A stretch of DNA of 33,165 nucleotides from an uncultured virus (IMG/VR IMGVR_UViG_3300030099_003764) (lineage: Duplodnaviria; Heunggongvirae; Uroviricota; Caudoviricetes), in the IMG/VR virus record IMGVR_UViG_3300030099_003764; one strand, written 5' to 3'. The notes beneath the pieces were generated by a model. It was not told the DNA's origin. It did not search any database and saw only the letters and a list, made by a program, of their open reading frames with translations. Positions 9,199 through 16,609 of this stretch are shown piece after piece. Within the stretch, counting starts at the first letter, position 1. Each line of letters begins with the position of its first letter. A program made the position numbers and the translations under genes.

Positions 9199-10629
9199 AT
9201 GGAAATAGAAACCTTCAATTTTGAACATCAGATGGATATGGAGTTATCCCGTAACTCCTTTCCATACTTCTTTCAGAATGTGTTAGGTTTCGATTTTCCA
9301 TCATATATTCAAGAGTGGCATGAGTTGATGAATGAAACTCAAAGAACAGTAATCATTTGTAGTCGTGACCATGGTAAATCTGTATTTATGCACAGTTGGG
9401 TTGTTTGGAAACTAATCTTTGAAGAACCGCCATATCAGATGCTTTACATCTCATCTAACCAAAAACAGACATTGGTTCACATGAGAGATATTGATAAGAT
9501 GTTCACTCATCCTATGCTTAAAAAGTTCAAACCTGCAAGGGGTTGGGCTATTGGTAACATTACATTAACTAACGGTAATCAAATCTTAGAGCGTTCAGTT
9601 GGTTCACAGATTCGTGGATTGCACCCGCAAGAAATAGTAATTGACGACCCTTTGAAAGAGTTTAGTATGACAGGTATTCAAAAGGTTACAGATTGGTTTT
9701 ATGGAGATATGATTCCGACTTTGCACCACACGGCATCGCTTAGGGTTATTGGTACTCCATTCAGTTATACTGATATTTACCAACAGTTATCAGAAAATGA
9801 CGCATATACTGTTAGAACATATCCATGTCTTAATTCTTTGAATGAACCCTTATGGCCGGAGAGATGGAATTATGAAGCACTGATGGCGAGAAAGGCTGAA
9901 GTTGGTTCACTAATGTTCACAAGGGAATATATGTGTGTTCCAATATCAACAGGTACTTCTCTATTCAATCCCGAATACTTGGATAAGGCTAAGAATAAAG
10001 ATTATGTTTTGAAACCACAAAGGCGTGAGGGCTTCAAGTATTATGTTGGAGTAGACCCTGCTATTTCTACTGATGGAGATTACAATGTAATTACTGTATT
10101 AGAAGTAGATGAACATGATAATAAGACAGTGGTATTTGTAGACCGTTGTAAGAATGTTGAGTTTAGAGAGAATATAGAAAAGGTTCGGCTAATAGGGAAA
10201 ATGTTCCATCCCGAAGTAGTCCTCTTTGAAACAAACACCTTTGCTAAATCATTTACACAGGAGTTAAGGAATGTATCTGATTTGAATGTGCATGACTTCA
10301 ATACTACACGAAAGAAGAAGGAAGAGATTATTCTTAGTTTGCAAATGAACTTTGAAAACGAAAAGATTCGTTTGCCTTATGGTAATGAAGAAAGCCGAAG
10401 AGTTACAGGCACACTGATAGAGGAATTGTCAATGTTTGCTATTACTGAAAGAGGCAAGTTTGAGGGTATTGGCGCACATGACGATATGGTGATGAGCCTT
10501 GCATTAGCAAATGCGGCAACACATACTATGAGTGAAACATTCATACTCTTAGATGATATGGGAATATTTGAGCCGGTGCAAACTAACAAGTATGCGAGGC
10601 AGAACGGTTTTATTGGTATGAACTTCTGA
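9199..10629 (+). CDS. terL: Terminase large subunit
   Basis: Walker A SRDHGKS, Walker B IVIDD, coupling motif VIGTP, RNase H-like nuclease YYVGVDPA and HDDMVMSLALA. Confidence 0.95.
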   Translation: MEIETFNFEHQMDMELSRNSFPYFFQNVLGFDFPSYIQEWHELMNETQRTVIICSRDHGKSVFMHSWVVWKLIFEEPPYQMLYISSNQKQTLVHMRDIDKMFTHPMLKKFKPARGWAIGNITLTNGNQILERSVGSQIRGLHPQEIVIDDPLKEFSMTGIQKVTDWFYGDMIPTLHHTASLRVIGTPFSYTDIYQQLSENDAYTVRTYPCLNSLNEPLWPERWNYEALMARKAEVGSLMFTREYMCVPISTGTSLFNPEYLDKAKNKDYVLKPQRREGFKYYVGVDPAISTDGDYNVITVLEVDEHDNKTVVFVDRCKNVEFRENIEKVRLIGKMFHPEVVLFETNTFAKSFTQELRNVSDLNVHDFNTTRKKKEEIILSLQMNFENEKIRLPYGNEESRRVTGTLIEELSMFAITERGKFEGIGAHDDMVMSLALANAATHTMSETFILLDDMGIFEPVQTNKYARQNGFIGMNF

Positions 10630-10638
10630 GGTGATTAA

Positions 10639-11994
10639 ATGACTACTGCTGAAGAATACGAAGAGGCCGAAGAATCAATGGGTCAATTGGCAGAGTTAGC
10701 AAGGCAAGAGGAAGAAGAACGGACTAAAGTTGAACAGGCTTTAGGTACTAAATTAAAAAGCATTAATGATTATGTCATGTCCGACTATGAAGCCATCACT
10801 ACTCTATCTAAGAATCTAAACATTAATGCTACTGATGCGAGAAAGCGTCTTAGCACATTCCCTTCAGAATACATAGTTGATGGACAGACTATTCCCGACT
10901 TGGTAAAGAAGATGCGTAAAGCAAGAAGAAGCCTAAAGGGAGAATCAAGAATAAGAATGTCTAAATCAATTGATACTGTTATTGAGGGATATGGTGAACA
11001 TATTCAAAAGTGCATTGATTCTATTTATTGGATTAGTCCATACAAGGTTCCATTACTTAAAATGAGATTTACAGAAAAGGACTTATCAAAACTCAATAAG
11101 ATTACTGATGTTAAGAAAAGAAGAGTTATTGTTGATTCTCTTTGTAAATTATGGGAAATTGATTTGAAGAAAGAAAATATGGCATATAGTAAAGAATATG
11201 CTAAATTAGAGAAAGATTCAAGAATTGCTAAGAAAGAGTTTAGAGAAGAAATAAAAACTATTACCGACCAATCTTTAATTAAATCAAAGAAAGAAAAGTC
11301 ATTAGACTTTATTATGAAGGCAATATGCGAAAATCCGGGAATTGGATTAGGTCAGATACATGATTCAATGCCGACTAATTTACACAAAATAAACTCAACC
11401 AGCACTATTTCTAAAATGATTAATAAATTAGAAGTAGGTAGTTCTAATGGTGGTTATTACAAATTACCTAATGAATTAAAGAAAAATGTATGGGCTTATA
11501 CTGCCGCATTTATTGATTCAGATGGCTACATTACTATGGATAGAAACCACAATCCAAGAGTAGGTTTAGTAGCAACAGGAGAAAGGGGTAAGGTGTTTAT
11601 GAATGAAATGCACAAGTCTATCGGCTTTGGTAAGTTACACTTAGACCAAAAATCTCCACAGGACACAAGACCGGTAAATCGTCTTAACTTCTATTCACAA
11701 GATGATGTGTATAACCTATTAACAAAATGTTTGCCACACTTTAGAATGAAGAAGGGTAATGCTGAATTGTTGTTGGAATTAATTCGCATGAAGAAGTCAT
11801 ACAAGAAGGCTGATTGGTACAAAGGTAGATGTGAGGAAATATTCAAACTGATGAAGTGGGAAAATCACAAAGACCATGTTGGGTTTGATTTCCTAAAAGA
11901 AGGTATATATGTTGATGATATTGCTAAGTTACAAGGTAATTGTAAAATGAGTCTTATGGATGAGTTAGAAGGTATTGGAGGAATGATAGTATGA
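10639..11994 (+). CDS. Protein with long helical N-terminus, probable winged HTH and C-terminal LAGLIDADG endonuclease domain
   Basis: WAYTAAFIDSDGYI LAGLIDADG motif followed by typical beta-strand pattern and CLPHFRMKK; ICENPGIGLGQIH HTH-like segment. Confidence 0.8.
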   Translation: MTTAEEYEEAEESMGQLAELARQEEEERTKVEQALGTKLKSINDYVMSDYEAITTLSKNLNINATDARKRLSTFPSEYIVDGQTIPDLVKKMRKARRSLKGESRIRMSKSIDTVIEGYGEHIQKCIDSIYWISPYKVPLLKMRFTEKDLSKLNKITDVKKRRVIVDSLCKLWEIDLKKENMAYSKEYAKLEKDSRIAKKEFREEIKTITDQSLIKSKKEKSLDFIMKAICENPGIGLGQIHDSMPTNLHKINSTSTISKMINKLEVGSSNGGYYKLPNELKKNVWAYTAAFIDSDGYITMDRNHNPRVGLVATGERGKVFMNEMHKSIGFGKLHLDQKSPQDTRPVNRLNFYSQDDVYNLLTKCLPHFRMKKGNAELLLELIRMKKSYKKADWYKGRCEEIFKLMKWENHKDHVGFDFLKEGIYVDDIAKLQGNCKMSLMDELEGIGGMIV

Positions 11995-12239
11995 CATGGG
12001 AAGATATTATTCACAAAAAGGGAAAAGCCCGAAGAAAGGCCGGAACCAAAAGAAAAAAGAAGAAGCGTAAATCAACTGTTAATCAAGCAGGTAACTATAC
12101 TAAACCTGCATTAAGAAGAAGAATATTCCTTAGAATAAAAAGAGGCTCAAAAGGCGGTGCATCGGGTCAATGGTCTGCAAGAAAAGCACAAATGTTGGCT
12201 CAAGCGTATAAGAGGGCTGGTGGTGGCTATCGTGATTAA
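11991..12239 (+). CDS. Small basic protein (GQWSARKAQ family, N-terminal half) with MTWEDII tag
   Basis: YTKPALR...KGG.SGQWSARKAQMLAQAYKRAGGGY recalled as a widespread DUF5872-like family. Confidence 0.7.
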   Translation: MTWEDIIHKKGKARRKAGTKRKKKKRKSTVNQAGNYTKPALRRRIFLRIKRGSKGGASGQWSARKAQMLAQAYKRAGGGYRD

Positions 12240-12507
12240 TTGGCGTGATGTTCTCAAAGCCAAATCAAAAAGGCAACAGGACTTAACAACTTGGACTCAA
12301 GAAGAGTGGGGAAGTCAAGAACAACACCGAGCGAAAGCAAAAGGGAAAAAAGCACCATCTAAAACTAAAGGTAGGTATATGCCAAAAGCAACTTATCAAA
12401 GAACAGATAAAAATACATTAGATTATCAAGACAGAAAAAAAAGAAAGGGTCGTAGGAAAGGAAAACAGCATATTCCAACAGGTAAAAAGTTTAGTCAGAA
12501 GGGATGA
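12232..12507 (+). CDS. Small basic protein (WTxEEW...RYMPK, C-terminal half of the same family) with MINWRDVLK tag
   Basis: GTG at 12232 is in frame with ORF 12157..12507 and follows a GGTGGTGG RBS. Confidence 0.7.
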   Translation: MINWRDVLKAKSKRQQDLTTWTQEEWGSQEQHRAKAKGKKAPSKTKGRYMPKATYQRTDKNTLDYQDRKKRKGRRKGKQHIPTGKKFSQKG

Positions 12508-12851
12508 TTATGAAATGGCAAACTCTTCTAAAAAAAGACCCAAAGAAAGGTACGGGTAAAAAACCAAAAGGTTCTGATAGAAGATTATACACTGATGAAA
12601 ACCCAAAAGACACTGTTTCCGTTAAGTTTAAGACCGCAGGTGATGTGAGAGAAACATTCAGTAGTTCAGCATTCAAGTCTAAGCCACATAAAAGACAATC
12701 ACAAATAATCAATTTAGTTGAGCAAAGAGCAAGAGTAGCGGCTAAAAGAGCAAAAAATCCAGAAACAAAAAAGAGATTAAACGCTGCACACAAAGTTGCT
12801 TTAGCAAGAAGAGAATCAAGTAAAAGAAAAACAAAGAGGATGAAGGCATGA
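12504..12851 (+). CDS. Small basic protein with MKWQTLLK tag
   Basis: DPKKGTGKKPKGSDRRLYTDENPKDTV recalled from marine viral hypothetical proteins; start 12504 or 12510. Confidence 0.75.
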   Translation: MIMKWQTLLKKDPKKGTGKKPKGSDRRLYTDENPKDTVSVKFKTAGDVRETFSSSAFKSKPHKRQSQIINLVEQRARVAAKRAKNPETKKRLNAAHKVALARRESSKRKTKRMKA

Positions 12852-13243
12852 ATTGGCAAGATATACTCAAAAAAGAAAAAGCCCACTGCGGTTCAGAAAA
12901 AACAGATGAAGAACCTATCATTGAAAAAATACCGGATTTATCCGGTGATGGTAAAGTAACTCGTAAAGATGTTTTAATCGGTAGAGGCGTATATGATAAG
13001 CAAGGAAATAAAGTCAAGAAGGCTAAAGCCGGAGGAATCAGAGGGCTTATTCTAAGAGAAATACAGAAAGAAGGTGGTGCTTTGGGTTATAGTCATTTAA
13101 ATAAAAAATTCAAACAACTTAACCCTTCTCAAATAAAAGGCGAAGTAATGGCTTTAGTCGAGGACGGAAAAGCATACATTCACGGAGATGGAGATATTAT
13201 CTCTATTAAGAAACCAAGTCGAGGGAGAGGATTTACTGCATGA
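12848..13243 (+). CDS. Hypothetical protein with EF-hand/dockerin-like loop and MNWQDILK tag
   Basis: DLSGDGKVTRKD is a DxxxDGxVxxxD Ca-binding-like loop; C-terminal possible winged helix. Confidence 0.7.
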   Translation: MNWQDILKKEKAHCGSEKTDEEPIIEKIPDLSGDGKVTRKDVLIGRGVYDKQGNKVKKAKAGGIRGLILREIQKEGGALGYSHLNKKFKQLNPSQIKGEVMALVEDGKAYIHGDGDIISIKKPSRGRGFTA

Positions 13244-13641
13244 GTTGGGAAATAATTTTGAAACAATTGGCTTGTCCAAGAGCAACCCAAGATTTAATGC
13301 TTAATACTAAAAATAGAGATGCGGCAGTTAAAAATCCTAGCATTAGATATGGGCCGCTTAATCTTGAAGATGAGGAATATTGGGAAAAATATGCTAAAAG
13401 ATGGAATACTACTGCTGATGTAGCAAAAGAATCTAATTGTAGTAATTGTATTGCATTCGACATATCTCCGAGAATGGATGAGTGTATGCCTTTAACTACT
13501 GATGAAGATGGGCGTTTAGGATATTGTTGGATGCACCATTTCAAGTGTCATTCTGCTAGAACTTGTTATACTTGGGCTAAAGGTGGCCCAATTGATGATG
13601 ATAAAACTTCTAAAGAAAATCAAATGAGGGGAGAAAAGTGA
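13240..13641 (+). CDS. Cys-rich metal-binding protein with MSWEIILK tag
   Basis: CSNC..FD..GYC..C..C..W pattern (HiPIP-like Cys spacing). Confidence 0.7.
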   Translation: MSWEIILKQLACPRATQDLMLNTKNRDAAVKNPSIRYGPLNLEDEEYWEKYAKRWNTTADVAKESNCSNCIAFDISPRMDECMPLTTDEDGRLGYCWMHHFKCHSARTCYTWAKGGPIDDDKTSKENQMRGEK

Positions 13642-13925
13642 TTGAATGGCAAGAAATCCTAAAGAAAAAAAAGCCATTCAAGGGTTATAATAAAAAGATT
13701 CATGCAAGAACAGGTGGACTAAGTGCTAAAGGTCGTGCTAAGTTTAAGCGTGAACAAGGCTCTAATCTAAAAGCCCCTGTTACTACTAAACCAAGTAAAT
13801 TGAAGCGTGGTAGTAAAGCCGCTAAAAGACGCAAATCTTTCTGTGCAAGGTCAAGAGGATTTAAGCGTGATGATGGGACATACAGTGAAAAAGCAAAAGC
13901 CGCTAGAAGAAGGTGGAATTGTTAA
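13638..13925 (+). CDS. Small very basic protein with MIEWQEILK tag
   Basis: GGLSAKGR..GSNLKAPV..RRKSFCAR..RRWNC, recalled as a common marine phage family (DUF6321-like). Confidence 0.7.
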   Translation: MIEWQEILKKKKPFKGYNKKIHARTGGLSAKGRAKFKREQGSNLKAPVTTKPSKLKRGSKAAKRRKSFCARSRGFKRDDGTYSEKAKAARRRWNC

Positions 13926-14392
13926 TGTGGAGAGATTTGCTAAAGGCTGATTTTGTTGTTAAAACAGATTACCCCGAAGCAGATTTTTGGCTACAAAAAA
14001 GAGGCTCTAAACAGAATGTTGGAAAGCCCATGCGAAAGTTTAGTGAGATACAAGGCCCATATAACATAGGAATTAAGGTTCCCAAAGGAATGAATAAGGA
14101 ATATGTTTATTCACAATTAGCCTCTTTATACAGAAAAGGATATTGGGAAAGACATTCTTATGGTTCCCTTCCTTTACAACACATTAGAATAGATGATGTT
14201 AAGAAGATTTTAGAATCGTTTGAAGATAAAGCAGATTACAAAGATGTTACATCAGATAAAATAGAAAAGATATATGATAAGTGGTTAAAAGATTCTAAAC
14301 TAATCAGTGAATTACTAATGTCAAGTAACTCTTTAATTAGAGAAGGTCGAGAAATTAAAAGGTTCTTACAAAAAATGGAGGGGATGAGATGA
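13925..14392 (+). CDS. Protein with HsdS/TRD-like small domain and MWRDLLK tag
   Basis: ATG 13925 overlaps upstream TAA; PEADFWLQKRGS..VGKP..IGIKV..EYVY..GSLPLQHIRIDDVKKI resembles a type I RM specificity-domain fragment. Confidence 0.55.
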   Translation: MWRDLLKADFVVKTDYPEADFWLQKRGSKQNVGKPMRKFSEIQGPYNIGIKVPKGMNKEYVYSQLASLYRKGYWERHSYGSLPLQHIRIDDVKKILESFEDKADYKDVTSDKIEKIYDKWLKDSKLISELLMSSNSLIREGREIKRFLQKMEGMR

Positions 14393-14523
14393 AGTATTGT
14401 GGGATATGCTATACTACGCCCGACCCCAAGCCCTTTGGGTTTTGCGAAAAGTGCTGGATAAAATACGGTAGGCCAAAGCCTATGAAAGCATTCATAAGAG
14501 AAGGCAATCGTCATAAATACTAG
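14389..14523 (+). CDS. 44-aa zinc-finger microprotein (absent from the ORF track)
   Basis: Manual translation MKYCGICYTTPDPKPFGFCEKCWIKYGRPKPMKAFIREGNRHKY*; GGAGGGG RBS at 14377-14383; ATGA overlap. Confidence 0.7.
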   Translation: MKYCGICYTTPDPKPFGFCEKCWIKYGRPKPMKAFIREGNRHKY

Positions 14524-14533
14524 GGGGTTCTAT

Positions 14534-16171
14534 ATGGTTGAAAAAAAGCGTAGATTTTCTTTTACTAATTTATTTAGGCGTTCCACTCCTAAACCTGCTG
14601 ATAGGCAGATATACAACATGGGTATTCAAGAAAGACAGAATAACTACATGATGACAGCACCTATTATTTATTCTATGGTTCAACAATCCGTTATCGTTAG
14701 AACCTGTATTACTCAATTGAAACAGGAAGTATATAGAAGAGGATATACTTGGGAAAAGGCCTTTGAGTCTATTTGTAATAATTGTGGAAAAAAGCACCAA
14801 AGACCTGTTGCCGCATGTTCAAGATGTGGTTCAGAAGATTTGAAATTACCTGATGTAAAACAATTAGAATACGCTGAGAAGTTTTTGGAGGGGTATGTCA
14901 ATCCATCAGAACAGTTATTCATTGATGTGCTGAAGGAATTAGAAGATGATTTGAATACTATGGATGATGCGTACATTGTTCTTGTTAAGGAATACTTCAT
15001 TGATGGTAACGGGCAAATAAGAATGCACCGTATCAAAGAGATATTCAGAGGCGACCCTGTAACTATGTTCATCTATGCAGACGAAGATGGTGTAAAGGGA
15101 ACCAAAGGATTTACTTGTATTAATCATAGAGATGTTCTACATACAGAACCACACCATAATTGCGAACATTGTGGTGGAGAATTGTACCCTGTTCATTATG
15201 TCAATAGAGCAAATGGTGACGACCAATACTTCTTAGAGGGAGAAGTATTACATTTTAGTAAATATAGCCCAAGTAGGCTCTATGGTTTCTCTCCTGTTAT
15301 CACACTATACAATCACATTATGACTCTTATTGCTATGGAGAATTATGTCAATTCAGCATATACTAAGAGTAGAATGCCAAGAGGATTGTTAGCAGTACAA
15401 ACACGCAACATGGACTCAATGAGAGCATTTTGGCGTGGTGTAAAAGAGAAAATGGAATCAGACCCACACTTTATTCCTGTTATGGGTATTGAAGCAGAGG
15501 GCGGTAAAGGTGCCGTAGAGTGGATTAAGTTTATGGATAGTTTAAAGGAAATGGATTACATTTCTGTAAAGGATGATTTGAGAGATAGGATTTCAGCATT
15601 CTATGGTGTGAGTAAAGTATTCATGGCTGACAATACTACAAGTGGCGGTTTGAATAATGAAGGTATGCAAATCTTAGTTACTAATCGTGCAGTACAAATG
15701 GCTCAGAATGTGTATAATAATTATGTATTCCCATACTTAGTTAAGCAGTTTGGAATTACAGATTGGGTTCTCAAACTACCGCCATCTGAAGAAGAAGATG
15801 AAATCGCTGAGTTGAGAAAAAGAGAGATAGAAGTCAATATTGCCGCTTCAATTAAAAACTTAGGCTTTGAAGTAGAAATGGATGAAGATGGTAACTTTAC
15901 CTTTGAAAAACCAGAACCGGTTGAACAAGAACAACCTGTTGAAGAAGGTGAAGTAGAGAATGACCCATTAGCAGGTTCTAATTTAGACCAAAGGGATTTA
16001 GATGAACAAGCAAGACAATTTGCTCAAGGTGGAGGAAAACCACAGGAAAACCCACCAGCCACAAGGAATAAAGCCCGAAACGAAGTAGGGCCGGATAAGC
16101 GTATGACAGGATTACCAGCAGAAGCAGGTAATCAAAATGTAGATTCAAGAACCGAAAGGAGAGTTGGTTGA
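14534..16171 (+). CDS. Portal protein with Zn-ribbon insertions
   Basis: HK97-like portal features (EVLHFSKYSPSRLYGFSPV, MPRGLL, DMDY/EMDY..RDRISAFYGV); CNNC/CSRC and CINH/CEHC inserts; position between terL and protease. Confidence 0.88.
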   Translation: MVEKKRRFSFTNLFRRSTPKPADRQIYNMGIQERQNNYMMTAPIIYSMVQQSVIVRTCITQLKQEVYRRGYTWEKAFESICNNCGKKHQRPVAACSRCGSEDLKLPDVKQLEYAEKFLEGYVNPSEQLFIDVLKELEDDLNTMDDAYIVLVKEYFIDGNGQIRMHRIKEIFRGDPVTMFIYADEDGVKGTKGFTCINHRDVLHTEPHHNCEHCGGELYPVHYVNRANGDDQYFLEGEVLHFSKYSPSRLYGFSPVITLYNHIMTLIAMENYVNSAYTKSRMPRGLLAVQTRNMDSMRAFWRGVKEKMESDPHFIPVMGIEAEGGKGAVEWIKFMDSLKEMDYISVKDDLRDRISAFYGVSKVFMADNTTSGGLNNEGMQILVTNRAVQMAQNVYNNYVFPYLVKQFGITDWVLKLPPSEEEDEIAELRKREIEVNIAASIKNLGFEVEMDEDGNFTFEKPEPVEQEQPVEEGEVENDPLAGSNLDQRDLDEQARQFAQGGGKPQENPPATRNKARNEVGPDKRMTGLPAEAGNQNVDSRTERRVG

Positions 16172-16172
16172 T

Positions 16173-16367
16173 ATGACTTGGGATTATTACGATATTAAGA
16201 AAAAACCTGATAATATTACAGGTGTAGAAATAAGAAGAAGAATGAATGCTGAAAGTTATAAAAAATTAGTGGCATGGTTGCAGAAAAATTACAATAAAAT
16301 ATTTGAAGAATATATGGATGAACAGTTAGAAAACAGGAAAAAAGTTACCGAAACCTACAAGGAGTGA
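16173..16367 (+). CDS. Small hypothetical protein with variant MTWDYYDIK tag
   Basis: ATG 16173 immediately after portal stop. Confidence 0.65.
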   Translation: MTWDYYDIKKKPDNITGVEIRRRMNAESYKKLVAWLQKNYNKIFEEYMDEQLENRKKVTETYKE

Positions 16368-16371
16368 TTAA

Positions 16372-16599
16372 ATGACAGAAGATTTGAAACAAAGAGAAAT
16401 GAGATTAAAGAAGGAATTAGCAAAGGTTAGAAGTCAAAATGCGGCTGATAACCGAAGGGCGACAGTTAGTAGAGATTACTCTATTGGTGGATTGCCACCG
16501 GACACTACGCATAAACCAATTAATGCGTCTAATGATGTTCCCGATGTAGTTTTGCTACCTTCTAAGAAAAGAGGAAAGAAAGAAAACATTCCATTCTGA
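16372..16599 (+). CDS. Small hypothetical protein
   Basis: GGAGTGAT RBS; N-terminal coiled coil. Confidence 0.75.
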   Translation: MTEDLKQREMRLKKELAKVRSQNAADNRRATVSRDYSIGGLPPDTTHKPINASNDVPDVVLLPSKKRGKKENIPF

Positions 16600-16609
16600 A
16601 GGTGATATA

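Noticed and set aside
9199..11994. Intein or intron in terL linked to the LAGLIDADG ORF
   Set aside because: TerL is complete and uninterrupted; the LAGLIDADG ORF has its own RBS and lacks intein splice residues at its ends.
12157..12231. ORF-track upstream starts (12157, 13913, 16164, 24251, 25575, 28867)
   Set aside because: They overlap upstream genes or sit inside the RBS; downstream starts with properly spaced RBS, and often the tag, fit better.
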